Notes: generated from the letters alone by a model not told the origin. A DNA stretch of 64,000 bases from an uncultured Holophaga sp. (GCA_963664825.1 OY761614.1:1312001-1376000); one strand, 5' to 3'. Shown: positions 9,759-19,692, counted from the first letter of the stretch. Program-made: numbers and translations.

Positions 9759-11090
9759 CTACGCCCCGCCCTCTACCACTTCTCCCACGAGATCGTAGGC
9801 GTGGGCCTCCGTGATCTTCACCGACTGGATGGTGCCCACCCGGGGTTCGCCTCCGACGATGAGCACGCTGCCATCGACTTCCGGGGCCTGGCCCCGGTGG
9901 CGTCCCTTAAATACCAGCTCGGTCTCCTCGTGGGCGCCCTCCACCAATACTTCCAGGGTCTGCCCCACCAGGGCCTGGTTCTTGGTGCGGCTGATCTGCT
10001 GCTGGAGTTCCAGGAGCCTCCGCTTGCGGCTCTGCTTGCTCCGCTCCGGCACGGGATCCCCCAAGGGAAAAGCGGGTGTGCCCTCCTCCTGGGAGTAGGT
10101 GAAGACCCCCACGTGCTCGAACTCGGCCTCCTTCACGAAATCGAAGAGGCCCTGGAAGGATTCCGGGGTTTCCCCGGGGAAGCCCACGATGAAATTGGAA
10201 CGGATGAAGACTCCGGGCACGAGGCGGCGGGCGCGCTCCAGCAGCTTGAAGAAGGCTGCCGCCCCGCCCCCCCGGGCCATGGTCTTGAGGATCAGGGGAT
10301 CGGCATGTTGGAGGGGCATATCCAGGTACTTGCAGCAATTGGACGTCTCGGCCATGGCGCGGAGGAGGCCGTCGGTGGTGCGGTTGGGGTAGCTGTAGTG
10401 GATGCGGAACCAGGGCAGGCCCTCCACCTGGCCGAGGGCCCGCACCAGCTTCTCCAGGGCATCCGGGTCCCCCAGATCCCGGCCAAAATCCGTCGTGTCC
10501 TGGCCCACCAGGCTGATCTCCAGGACCCCCTGGGCCACCAGGTTGCGGGCCTCGGCCAGGATGCTCGGGATGGAACGGCTGCGCTGGGGACCGCGGATGG
10601 AAGGGATGGCGCAGAAGGCGCAGGCATGGTCGCATCCCTCGCTGATCTTAAGGTAGGCCGTGGCCTTGGGGGTGGTGAGGAGCCGCGGGCTGGCTTCGCT
10701 ATAGAGGTAGGCCGGGTCCCGCTCGGGCTCGAAGAGGCGGTCATCGGCGCCGATGACTTCGGCGATGTGCTCGATATCCCGGGTGCCGATGCAGGCGTCG
10801 ATCTCGGGCATATCGGCCAGCAGCTCGTCCCGGTAACGCTCCACCAAACAGCCCGCCACGATCAGCTTCCTGCAGGCTCCGGTCTGCTTCATGGCGGCGG
10901 CCTCCAGGATGGCTTCGATGGATTCCTGCTTGGCGGGCTCGATGAAGGCGCAGGTGTTGATCACCAGCACCTCGGCCTCCTCCATGGAATGGGTGAGAGT
11001 GAAGCCCTTGAGCCTCAGATGGCCCAGCATGACCTCGCTGTCCACGAGGTTCTTGGGGCATCCCAGCGAAATGAAACCGACCTTGATCAT
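9759..11090 (-). CDS. rimO: Ribosomal protein S12 methylthiotransferase
   Basis: MIKVGFISLGCPKNLVDSE, INTCAFI..AKQESI, AYLKISEGCDHACAFCAIP (radical SAM), C-terminal TRAM domain. Confidence 0.96.
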   Translation of the reverse strand: MIKVGFISLGCPKNLVDSEVMLGHLRLKGFTLTHSMEEAEVLVINTCAFIEPAKQESIEAILEAAAMKQTGACRKLIVAGCLVERYRDELLADMPEIDACIGTRDIEHIAEVIGADDRLFEPERDPAYLYSEASPRLLTTPKATAYLKISEGCDHACAFCAIPSIRGPQRSRSIPSILAEARNLVAQGVLEISLVGQDTTDFGRDLGDPDALEKLVRALGQVEGLPWFRIHYSYPNRTTDGLLRAMAETSNCCKYLDMPLQHADPLILKTMARGGGAAAFFKLLERARRLVPGVFIRSNFIVGFPGETPESFQGLFDFVKEAEFEHVGVFTYSQEEGTPAFPLGDPVPERSKQSRKRRLLELQQQISRTKNQALVGQTLEVLVEGAHEETELVFKGRHRGQAPEVDGSVLIVGGEPRVGTIQSVKITEAHAYDLVGEVVEGGA

Positions 11091-11196
11091 GGAGCTTCTC
11101 CGGCCGACCCGAGCGGGATCGGAACTCCACAGAGTACCGCCTCGGGGCGAAAAGCCCCCGTGATAGACTCCTGCACACCCTGCTTGGACTCCCTGG

Positions 11197-12768
11197 ATGA
11201 AGATCACCCTCTTGGTGGAAGGCACCCGGCACTCCCTCGAATTGACCGAGGAGGGCCTGACCCTGGGCCGAGGCGACGCCGCCACCCTGCGCGTGCCCTC
11301 CAATGCCGTCAGCCGGGTCCATGCCCGCTTCTTCCTGAAGGATGGGAGGCCCCATGTGCTGGACCTCAAGTCCCTGAACGGAACCACCCTCAACGGGGTT
11401 GCCGCGAACACGCCCCTCCTCCTCCACCCCGGGGATAGCGTGCTCCTGGGGGAAGTCCCCATCCAATGGGTGCCAGAGGGGCCCATTGCTTTCGCGCCCT
11501 CGCCCGTGGTCCCCAAGGGCGCCACCGAATCGAGGATCGCCCTGGAGGACCGGGCCTTCGACGCCTCCGGCAGCATCCTGATTCCCCACGCCAGCCTAGA
11601 GGCCATGCTCCAGGCCGAGAAACCCCTCCTGGAGGTGGGGGCCCTCTTCCAGCGCCTAGCCACCATGGCCGGTCAGCTGCTGCGGGCCGCCAGCCTGCAG
11701 GAACTCCTGGATTCGGTGATGACCCTGGTGACGGGCCAGATCCCCTGCCAGCGAGGCTTCATCCTCCTCACGGGGCCTGCGGGGGAACTCGTCCCAGAAC
11801 TGGTCTGGGAGGAGAAGCCCGGCGCCCTCACCAGTCCCATCAGCCGCACCATCGCCCGCATGGCCATGCAAGACCGGGTGACCATCCTCACCACGGACGC
11901 CCGGGTGGATCCGCGCTTCGCCGCAGGGGAAAGCATCAGGATCCATGGGATCACTTCGGCGCTCTGCACGCCCCTCATCGTCGACGAGCAGGCTCTTGGG
12001 GTGATCTACCTGGAGACCAGCCTGAACAAGGGGGGCTTCAAGGAGGAGGACGAGCATCTCCTCTCGGCCATGGGCAATTTCGCGGCCGTGGGCATCCAAC
12101 GGGAGCGGGAGGCCCGCTTCCGACAGCGCCTGGAGCGCTATCACAGCCCCCAGGTGGTGAGTGAAATCCTGAAGGCCGCCCAGAGCCTGGACGCCCCCCT
12201 CCTCCAGGCTCGGCGCTGCGAGATCAGCGTGCTCTTCGCCGATATCTCGGGCTTCACGCGCATGAGCGAAGGGATGGAACCCCTCCAACTGGCCGCGATC
12301 CTCAACCGCTCCTTCGAGGTCATGACCGACCAGATCTTTGCCCGGGGCGGCACCCTGGATAAGTACATCGGGGACGCCATCATGGCCTTCTTCGGGGCGC
12401 CGGCTCCGGACCCGGAGCACGCCCGCCATGCAGTGGAAGCCGCCGTGGCCATGCAGCAGGCCCTGGAATTCATGAACGCGAACCGGCCCGAGGGCTATCC
12501 CGAGCTGCGCATGCGCATCGGCGTCAACAGCGGGGAGGCCTTCGCCGGCGATATCGGGTGCGAGAAGCGCATGGACTACACGGTCATGGGCTCCACGGTG
12601 AACTTGGCCTCCCGCCTGGAAAGCTCCGTGGCCCGGCCGAACCAGGTCATCATCGGCCCACGCACCGCGGAGATCCTGGGTCCCGAGCACCTGCGTCCAC
12701 TGGATCCCGTGAACCTGAAAGGCATCGACCACGAAATCCGCCCCTTCGAAGTGCTCTGGCAGGAGTAG
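11197..12768 (+). CDS. FHA-GAF-class III adenylate cyclase
   Basis: FHA (LGRG, VSRVHA, SLNGT), GAF (SALCTPL..LGVIYL), cyclase (LFADISGFT, DKYIGDAIMA, DYTVMGSTVNLASRLE) with the Lys/Asp pair typical of ATP specificity. Confidence 0.92.
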   Translation: MKITLLVEGTRHSLELTEEGLTLGRGDAATLRVPSNAVSRVHARFFLKDGRPHVLDLKSLNGTTLNGVAANTPLLLHPGDSVLLGEVPIQWVPEGPIAFAPSPVVPKGATESRIALEDRAFDASGSILIPHASLEAMLQAEKPLLEVGALFQRLATMAGQLLRAASLQELLDSVMTLVTGQIPCQRGFILLTGPAGELVPELVWEEKPGALTSPISRTIARMAMQDRVTILTTDARVDPRFAAGESIRIHGITSALCTPLIVDEQALGVIYLETSLNKGGFKEEDEHLLSAMGNFAAVGIQREREARFRQRLERYHSPQVVSEILKAAQSLDAPLLQARRCEISVLFADISGFTRMSEGMEPLQLAAILNRSFEVMTDQIFARGGTLDKYIGDAIMAFFGAPAPDPEHARHAVEAAVAMQQALEFMNANRPEGYPELRMRIGVNSGEAFAGDIGCEKRMDYTVMGSTVNLASRLESSVARPNQVIIGPRTAEILGPEHLRPLDPVNLKGIDHEIRPFEVLWQE

Positions 12769-12864
12769 CCTTCCCGAAGGGGGACACTTGCCCTGGGACG
12801 CGCCTCCGTCCAGAATTCAGATCCACGGCCGAAATGACCGATCGATCCATGAGGATCAGGAACC

Positions 12865-13260
12865 ATGTCTTCAGAACGCCGACAATTCACCCGCATTCCC
12901 CTGGGAGCCACCGTGGGCTTCCAGGAATTGACCTTTTCGGGGGCCCCGGAGCCTGCCCGAAGCGTCTTCAAGGATGTATCAGCCGGGGGACTCCTGCTGA
13001 GCGCCCCCCGGGAATATCCCTTGGGCACGCTCCTCAAGCTGGAGGTCCAGATCCCGGGCTGGGGAAGGCATCAGGGCGGCTTCGGCTCGGCCAGCGACAA
13101 GGACACCCGCCCCCTGGGGGCCATCGGGCAAGTCGTCCGGATCGAACAGATGGACGCCGGGGACTTCGAACTTGGAATAAAATTCATCAATGTCTACCCC
13201 GATGACTGGGCGGCCCTTCTAAAATTCATCGAGGCCGCCGCCCCTGCGGAAGCGAACTAG
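12865..13260 (+). CDS. PilZ-domain protein
   Basis: RxxxR (RRQFTR) and DxSxxG (DVSAGG) c-di-GMP-binding motifs. Confidence 0.88.
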   Translation: MSSERRQFTRIPLGATVGFQELTFSGAPEPARSVFKDVSAGGLLLSAPREYPLGTLLKLEVQIPGWGRHQGGFGSASDKDTRPLGAIGQVVRIEQMDAGDFELGIKFINVYPDDWAALLKFIEAAAPAEAN

Positions 13261-13285
13261 CCTGAACCTTTCGAAGGAGAATCCC

Positions 13286-13642
13286 TTGAAGATCCTGATC
13301 GTGGATGACTCATCGACGATGCGCCGCATCATCATCAACACCCTGTCCCGCATCGGCTATTCCGATGTGGTCGAGGCCGAGCATGGCAAGGTCGGCCTGG
13401 AAAAACTCAGCCAGGGCGGTGTGGAGATGATCATCACGGACTGGAATATGCCCGAGATGGACGGCCTGGAGTTCGTCACCACCGTGCGCACCACCAATGC
13501 CAATATCCCCATCCTCATGGTCACCACCAACGCCGCCAAGGAAGACATCGTGGCGGCCCTCCAGGCGGGGGTGAACAACTACGTGGTCAAGCCCTTCACG
13601 CCCGACACCCTGAAGGAAAAGATCGAGTCCTTGCTCGGCTAG
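13286..13642 (+). CDS. cheY: Chemotaxis response regulator CheY
   Basis: ILIVDDSSTMRRII, ITDWNMPEMDG, YVVKPFT; TTG start after AAGGAG. Confidence 0.93.
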   Translation: MKILIVDDSSTMRRIIINTLSRIGYSDVVEAEHGKVGLEKLSQGGVEMIITDWNMPEMDGLEFVTTVRTTNANIPILMVTTNAAKEDIVAALQAGVNNYVVKPFTPDTLKEKIESLLG

Positions 13643-13739
13643 AACCCATCGATCGCCAATCCCAGGGAAAGGCTCCGAAGGCCGTACCTGGGATCCGGAT
13701 GATAGGTTTAGATCATGACGCGTGCGGCCCGGGGGTTCC

Positions 13740-14312
13740 ATGGATCAGTCTGAAATCGATGCCCTGATGAAGCCCGGCGGCAAGCCCGCGGGCAAGGGGA
13801 AAAAGGCCCAGGAGCCCCCTCCCACGGAGGTGCCTGCGGTAGCCGCCGATAAGGACGGCCAGGTCATCTCCGAGATCGATACGGTCACCGCCGTCACCGA
13901 GCGCGAGACCAACAAGGTGATGGATCAGCTGGATCTGATCAGCCAGCTCGTCCTGAAGCAGCAGGAGCTCGTCATGAAGGCCATGGAGCAGCCCGGCGCC
14001 GAGGGGGCCTCGGCCCAGCAGGCCCTCCACGAGATCATGTCGGCGGGGAAGACCATCCAGGACAAGGTCTACGAGGCCATGGACCTGATGCAGTTCCAGG
14101 ACATCACCCGCCAGAAGCTCGAACGCATCGTCTACCATCTGCGTCAGATCCACGACTACATCGTGGATCTCCTGGGCACGGGCCTGAAGAGCGAAGGGGA
14201 GCGGGCCAATATCAGCCGCACCATCGCCCAGACCGGCACCACGCCCGATGAACGCAAGTTCCATGCGGACTCCGTGGTTGAGGAGTTCAAGCGCACCCAG
14301 CAGAAGAGTTGA
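13740..14312 (+). CDS. CheZ-like phosphatase
   Basis: Helical protein with MQFQDITRQKLERI (CheZ DxxxQ catalytic motif), between cheY and cheW. Confidence 0.7.
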   Translation: MDQSEIDALMKPGGKPAGKGKKAQEPPPTEVPAVAADKDGQVISEIDTVTAVTERETNKVMDQLDLISQLVLKQQELVMKAMEQPGAEGASAQQALHEIMSAGKTIQDKVYEAMDLMQFQDITRQKLERIVYHLRQIHDYIVDLLGTGLKSEGERANISRTIAQTGTTPDERKFHADSVVEEFKRTQQKS

Positions 14313-14315
14313 ACC

Positions 14316-15839
14316 ATGCCCACCGCGGATCTCCAGACTCGGAATGCCCAGGATCTCGTCCCCTCCGGCCAGCTCGTCACCTTCACCCTGGATTCGGTTG
14401 AGTTCGGCCTGGATATCGATCGGGTCCAGGAGATCACCCCTCGGGCAGGCATCACGCCCGTTCCGGGAGCCCCCAGCTTCGTGCTGGGGGTGGTGAATCT
14501 GCGGGGCATCATCATCCCCGTCCTCGATAGCCGCCTCCGCTTCCACTTGGCCCCGGTGGAGCCCACGCCCAAGACCCGGATCATCATCCTGGACCTGGCG
14601 GGCCAACCCACGGGCCTCCAGGTGGATTCCGTCGCCGAGGTGGTTCGCCTGGAGGACTTCACCCTCCGGGAGACGCCGCCCCTCGTGGCGGGCGTCCGCA
14701 GCGACTACCTGGCCGGCATGGTGACCGTGGGCAGCCGCCTCATCACTCTCATCAATCTGGACAAGATCCTCGATAGCTCCGAATTCAGCCAGCGGGAGCT
14801 GCTCCTGGAGGGCAGCGCCGGATCTCCAGCCTTCGGCGGCGCGGCTGCCGATAGCCTCCAGGACCAGGTGGATAACGAGATCCCCTACGTGACCTTCGCC
14901 ATGGGCCAGGAATCCTTCGGCATCAATCTCCAGCTGGTGGAGGAGATCATCGAGCGTCCCCCGGTGACCAAGGTCCCGGACGCCCCCGATTACGTGATGG
15001 GTGTCATCTGCCTGCGGGACCAGGTGCTGCCCCTCCTCGACTTCATCCAGTTGCTCCCCGTGGAGGACGATGGCACCGTGGTTCATCGGGAGATGGTCAT
15101 CCTGCTCTCCTTCGGCGAGGCGCGGGTGGGTATCGCCGTCGACGCCATCCAGGAGATCATCCGGGTCCGGGACGAGGATGTGCTGCCCCCTCCCCAGACG
15201 CTTTCGGAAGCCGAAGCAAGCAAGTTCGAAGGCGTGGTGGTGCGTTCGGATCGCATGGTCAGCCTCCTGAAGGTCCTCGATGTCATCGGCGGCGCCGATC
15301 AGGAAAAGATCGCCGCCATGGGCACGGCCCTGACGGAACGGCTAGCCCACGAGGTGGTGGTGGAGAATTTCGATCTCCCGCTGGTGGTCTTCCGCCTCGG
15401 AGACGAGTCATATAGCCTCCACCTGCAGGAGGTCCGCGAGATCATCATGGCGGGTCTCGTGACCCCTGTGCCCAGGGCCCCCTCCTTCATCGACGGCGTG
15501 CTGAACCTGCGGGGGGAGGTCATGCCCGTCATCGATCTCCGGGACCGCTTCGGCCTCCCGCGCCAGGAGCGCACCAGCCTCTCGCGCATCATCATCACCC
15601 CCATCGGCGGCGTCTTCACGGGCCTGGTGGTCGATTCGGTGGAGGAAGTGAAGAACGTGGACCAGCGCAGGCTCGAGGAGCCTCCCAAGGTGACGGCCGC
15701 CGGAGCCAATGCCTACATCACCAAGGTGGCCCGAACCGATACGGGGGTTGCCTTTCTCCTGGATATCCAGCACCTCCTCACGGACACGGAGGGCCGACAG
15801 CTCGACTCCTTCCAGGGCAGGAAGAGGACAGAATCATGA
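14316..15839 (+). CDS. cheW: Triple-CheW-domain scaffold protein
   Basis: Three repeats of T.VP.AP.(F/Y)..GV..LR..(I/V).P..D. Confidence 0.9.
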   Translation: MPTADLQTRNAQDLVPSGQLVTFTLDSVEFGLDIDRVQEITPRAGITPVPGAPSFVLGVVNLRGIIIPVLDSRLRFHLAPVEPTPKTRIIILDLAGQPTGLQVDSVAEVVRLEDFTLRETPPLVAGVRSDYLAGMVTVGSRLITLINLDKILDSSEFSQRELLLEGSAGSPAFGGAAADSLQDQVDNEIPYVTFAMGQESFGINLQLVEEIIERPPVTKVPDAPDYVMGVICLRDQVLPLLDFIQLLPVEDDGTVVHREMVILLSFGEARVGIAVDAIQEIIRVRDEDVLPPPQTLSEAEASKFEGVVVRSDRMVSLLKVLDVIGGADQEKIAAMGTALTERLAHEVVVENFDLPLVVFRLGDESYSLHLQEVREIIMAGLVTPVPRAPSFIDGVLNLRGEVMPVIDLRDRFGLPRQERTSLSRIIITPIGGVFTGLVVDSVEEVKNVDQRRLEEPPKVTAAGANAYITKVARTDTGVAFLLDIQHLLTDTEGRQLDSFQGRKRTES

Positions 15840-17992
15840 ACGAGTTCTCCCTGGACGATCCCAGCTTCTACGAAGACTTCCTGGTCGAGGCCGGCGAACA
15901 CTTCGAACTCATCGAACAGAACTTCCTGGTGTTGGAAGAGAACCCCCAGGATCTGGAGATCCTCAACGGCATCTTCCGCAGCGTGCATACCATCAAGGGC
16001 GCCTCGGGCTTCCTGGGCCTCACCAAGGTCCAGTCCCTCTCCCATATCGGCGAGAACATCCTGGACGAACTGCGCAAGGGCCGCATGACCGTCACGCCGG
16101 AAGTGATGGAACTCCTCTTCGAGACCGTTGATACCCTCAAGGTTCTCGTCGAAGACGTGGGCGTGAATCTCCACAAGCAGGGCACCCCGGCCGATCCCGA
16201 TACCGCCGATCTCATCTCAAGGCTGGAGACCCTTCGCGCGGGGGGGACACCTCCGCCCGCGGCCCCGGCTCCCGTCCAGGCCTCCGCCCCTGCGGGAGCC
16301 CTGGTGCTGCCCGAGGGGCTCCGCAACCTGGAGGCGGCTTCCTGCAAGCTCCTGGAGGATTTCAGCGCCCAGGGCATCACGCTGGTGGTCATCAAGGCCA
16401 CCCTGCTGCCCGAGATCATGGGCACTCCCTTCAACCCGCTCTCCATGCTTCCCATGGCCGAATTGGTGGGCAAGCTCGTCCATTCCTCCCACCTGATGGC
16501 GGAGGCCGCCGATCTGGAGAACTTCCAGCCCGATCAGTTCCCCTTCGATCTGGTGCTCTTCATCCAGCCTTCGGATTCCGTGGAGACGGTCCAGAAGATC
16601 TTCGATGGCGTGAAGCATGTCCACATCGAGTATTTCCTCGTGGGGCCCGATGGCGCCAAGGCCCTTTCGGCCCCGGTTCCGGCTTCGACTCCGGCTCCCA
16701 CGCCCGTCGCTCCAGCGCCCCAGGCGCCGGTAGAGACGGCCGCCAAGAAGGCCTCCGCGCCGGAAAAGGTAGATAAGGGCTCCGACACCATCCGCGTCAG
16801 CCAGGCCAAGCTGGATACCTTCATGAATACCGTGGCGGAATTGATCATCTGCAAGACGATGATCAATCACGTGGTCGAGCGCTTCGAAGTGGAAGTGACC
16901 GAAGGCGCCGCGGGAGATCTCGTCAAGGAACTCCGCAAGGGCAGCGTCTACCTGGACCAGGTCTCCAAGGAGATCCAGGCCTCGGTGCTGAGCATCCGCA
17001 TGGTGCCGGTGAAGACCATCTTCAGCAAGTTCCCCCGCATGCTCCGGGACCTGGCCAAGGCCAGCGGCAAGAAGATCGAGCTCCAGATGGTCGGAGAGGA
17101 AACCGAGATCGACAAGAGCCTGATCGAGGAACTCAGCGATCCCCTCATCCATCTCATCCGCAATAGCGCCGATCACGGCGTCGAGACGCCCGAGGCCCGC
17201 CTCAAATCCGGCAAGGCTGAAACAGGTGTCGTGATCCTCCGGGCCCGCCACGAGGGCGACTCCGTGCTGGTGGAGATCGAAGATGACGGCCATGGCATCG
17301 ACCCCGCCGTGATCCGGGCCAAGGCCGTCGAGAAGGGCATGATGAGCGCGGAACGCGCAGCCGCCATGTCCGACGAGGAAGCCATCAATCTGATCTTCCT
17401 GCCAGGCTTCAGCACAGCCGCCAAGGTGACGGATATCTCGGGGCGCGGCGTGGGCATGGATGTGGTCCGTTCCAATGTGCGCCGCCTCAATGGACACGTT
17501 TCGGTCCAGAGCGTGGTGGGCAAGGGTTCCATCTTCACGCTGAAACTGCCGCTCACCCTGGCGATCATCGACGCGCTCTTGATGCGCTCCGGGGGACAGG
17601 TCTTCGCCCTCCCCGGCACGGCGGTGGAAGAAACGCTCCTGGTCACTTCTGAAACCGTCTCCCATTTGACGAGGCGCAAGGCCATCAATCTGCGGGGCGA
17701 AGTGCTGGGTGTCACGCATTTGCGGGAACTACTGGCCTTCAAGGACACGTCGGAAGGCCAGGCGGGGGAGAACGAGGAACTTCCCGTGGTCGTCATCTCC
17801 ACCGGCGGCCGCCGCATGGGCCTCATCGTGGATGCCTTCATCCGGCGCCAGGAGATGGTCATCAAGCCCCTCGCACCCTATCTGGCCAGCCTGCCTGGCA
17901 TCTCGGGAGCCAGCGTCATGGGAGATGGAGGCATCGTTCTCATCCTGGATCCTGCCGAACTCATGACCCTGGCGGTGCAGGAGGCCCTGTGA
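15836..17992 (+). CDS. cheA: Chemotaxis histidine kinase CheA
   Basis: Hpt IFRSVHTIKG, DPLIHLIRNSADHG, DDGHGID, FLPGFSTA..SGRGVGMDVV, C-terminal CheW-like P5. Confidence 0.97.
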   Translation: MNEFSLDDPSFYEDFLVEAGEHFELIEQNFLVLEENPQDLEILNGIFRSVHTIKGASGFLGLTKVQSLSHIGENILDELRKGRMTVTPEVMELLFETVDTLKVLVEDVGVNLHKQGTPADPDTADLISRLETLRAGGTPPPAAPAPVQASAPAGALVLPEGLRNLEAASCKLLEDFSAQGITLVVIKATLLPEIMGTPFNPLSMLPMAELVGKLVHSSHLMAEAADLENFQPDQFPFDLVLFIQPSDSVETVQKIFDGVKHVHIEYFLVGPDGAKALSAPVPASTPAPTPVAPAPQAPVETAAKKASAPEKVDKGSDTIRVSQAKLDTFMNTVAELIICKTMINHVVERFEVEVTEGAAGDLVKELRKGSVYLDQVSKEIQASVLSIRMVPVKTIFSKFPRMLRDLAKASGKKIELQMVGEETEIDKSLIEELSDPLIHLIRNSADHGVETPEARLKSGKAETGVVILRARHEGDSVLVEIEDDGHGIDPAVIRAKAVEKGMMSAERAAAMSDEEAINLIFLPGFSTAAKVTDISGRGVGMDVVRSNVRRLNGHVSVQSVVGKGSIFTLKLPLTLAIIDALLMRSGGQVFALPGTAVEETLLVTSETVSHLTRRKAINLRGEVLGVTHLRELLAFKDTSEGQAGENEELPVVVISTGGRRMGLIVDAFIRRQEMVIKPLAPYLASLPGISGASVMGDGGIVLILDPAELMTLAVQEAL

Positions 17993-18915
17993 GCCTGCCC
18001 ACCCCACCGGATTCAGCCCTCGTCGTCGGCGAGCGGGGCACGCGCCAGTACCTCTCCTTCACCCTGGAGGATCGCACCTACGCCGTGCCCCTGCTCCAGG
18101 TGGCGGAGATCTCGACCTACCGCCCGCTGAACCGCATGCCCCACATGCCCAAGGGGGTCGAGGGACTGCTCGATCTGAGAGGCAGCGTCATCCCCGTGGT
18201 CAATCTCCGGGTGCGACTGGGACTACCGGCCCTGGAGGCCACGGAGGCCAACAATATCCTGATCCTCACCCTGGCCGGGAACCTCATCGGCGTGCTGGTG
18301 GACCACGTCGATTCGGTCGTCACCGCCACGCCGGAGCAGCACGCCCCTGCCGGGCCCATCCTGGCGGGCAAGGAAGGCGCCTGGGCCTCGGGCTTCCTCC
18401 TCCAGGACGAACGGGTCACCGTGCTTTTGGACACCTCCCTGATCATCGCGCTGGGCGGAGAGCGGGTCAGCCGCGTCAGCGCCCAGGATCTCGATCTCGA
18501 GGGGAGGATGGACGACACGCTCCGGGAGCTGATCGCGATGGCTCCGGCGAAATCCGAAAATCCCACCGGGCGGGTCATCCCCCAGATGGAAGCGGCGATC
18601 CAGCATACCGAAGTGGAGATGGGCAAGGTCATCGAGCGGATCGAGCTGATGCTCGCCGGGGCCGATGGATGCTTCCAAAGCCTGGTGCGCCTCAAGCAGG
18701 ACGCCAGCCTGGGCCACCTGAAGGGTCAGGAGGCTCTCCTGGCCGAACTGGAGCAGAACACCCAGGCCATCCAGGACCACATCTTCGACCTGCTCCAGCA
18801 GATCCAATTCCAGGATATCGCCCGCCAGAAGCTGGAACGGGTGCTCAATCACATCCGGGGCCTCCAGGCAGCCATCGGTCAGAAGTTCAGGGACATCGGC
18901 GATAGACCGGCCTGA
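17989..18915 (+). CDS. CheW domain fused to a CheZ-like helical domain
   Basis: N-terminal CheW (GLLDLRGSVIPVVNLR, IGVLVDHV); C-terminal IQFQDIARQKLERV. Confidence 0.8.
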   Translation: MSLPTPPDSALVVGERGTRQYLSFTLEDRTYAVPLLQVAEISTYRPLNRMPHMPKGVEGLLDLRGSVIPVVNLRVRLGLPALEATEANNILILTLAGNLIGVLVDHVDSVVTATPEQHAPAGPILAGKEGAWASGFLLQDERVTVLLDTSLIIALGGERVSRVSAQDLDLEGRMDDTLRELIAMAPAKSENPTGRVIPQMEAAIQHTEVEMGKVIERIELMLAGADGCFQSLVRLKQDASLGHLKGQEALLAELEQNTQAIQDHIFDLLQQIQFQDIARQKLERVLNHIRGLQAAIGQKFRDIGDRPA

Positions 18916-19008
18916 ATCGGGATTCCGCAGGCGGAGAAACGCTCACCGCTGGTGCGAGTTCGGGTGTCGGTCTTCTTCCGGGTCCTTTTGCGGATCCGAC
19001 ACAGGACT

Positions 19009-19692
19009 TCAGCGTGCCTTGGCTGTTTCCAGCAGGGCCCAATCCTGTTTCACCTGCCAGGCTGTGGCAAACGAACCGTAGGCCCGACGGGCCAATTCTG
19101 CGGCCGTCAAACTCGGGTCTCGATCCAGTTCGGACCACATATCCGCTCGGTAGCTGGGTCCCAAGAGAATGCGCCTCCGGTATGTTCGATGTCGCCTCGC
19201 GAGTTCGGCGGGGCTTAGCACATCCTCCTTCCGGTTCCGCAACACTCCCGCTGGAACGCAGAGGGTGCTGCCGAAAAAACGGGGATCTTCTCCCACACGG
19301 CGCAGGTGGAATGCGGTGCCCGTGGCCAGGAGATCCACAGGCGCACCCTGGTAGCTCTGGATCAGGCGGGCAAAGCGGCGGTCCTTGGAAAGCCAGTGGC
19401 CTACCGCCGCCCAGAACGCCCGCACACGCGCCCCAGGGTGTTCGGTCACCAGACGGGTCAGGCGGTCGGCGTTGATCCAACGGCTGTGCACCTCCAGCCA
19501 AGTCATGAGCATGGCCAACACCCGCAGGTCGTCCTGCTCCAGGCCCTCCACCGAAGCCGCCAGCAGCGTGTCTTCAATGTTGGGATCGGGCGAGCCCTCC
19601 TTCGCAAAGAGCATCCCAATGCCGACCATGGCCTGGGTGAGATCCTCCCCGCTTAGGGGTCTCTCCGGCGAAGATGCCCTCCTAAAGGCCAT
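19009..19692 (-). CDS. Putative antitoxin/DNA-binding partner of the upstream nucleotidyltransferase (C-terminal HTH-like segment)
   Basis: Overlaps the upstream NTase gene; C-terminal LTAAELARRAYGSFATAWQV is HTH-like. Confidence 0.55.
   Translation of the reverse strand: MAFRRASSPERPLSGEDLTQAMVGIGMLFAKEGSPDPNIEDTLLAASVEGLEQDDLRVLAMLMTWLEVHSRWINADRLTRLVTEHPGARVRAFWAAVGHWLSKDRRFARLIQSYQGAPVDLLATGTAFHLRRVGEDPRFFGSTLCVPAGVLRNRKEDVLSPAELARRHRTYRRRILLGPSYRADMWSELDRDPSLTAAELARRAYGSFATAWQVKQDWALLETAKAR

Noticed and set aside
11091..11666. N-terminal extension of the 635-aa rimO ORF call
   Set aside because: Overlaps the cyclase gene on the opposite strand; RimO homology starts at 11090
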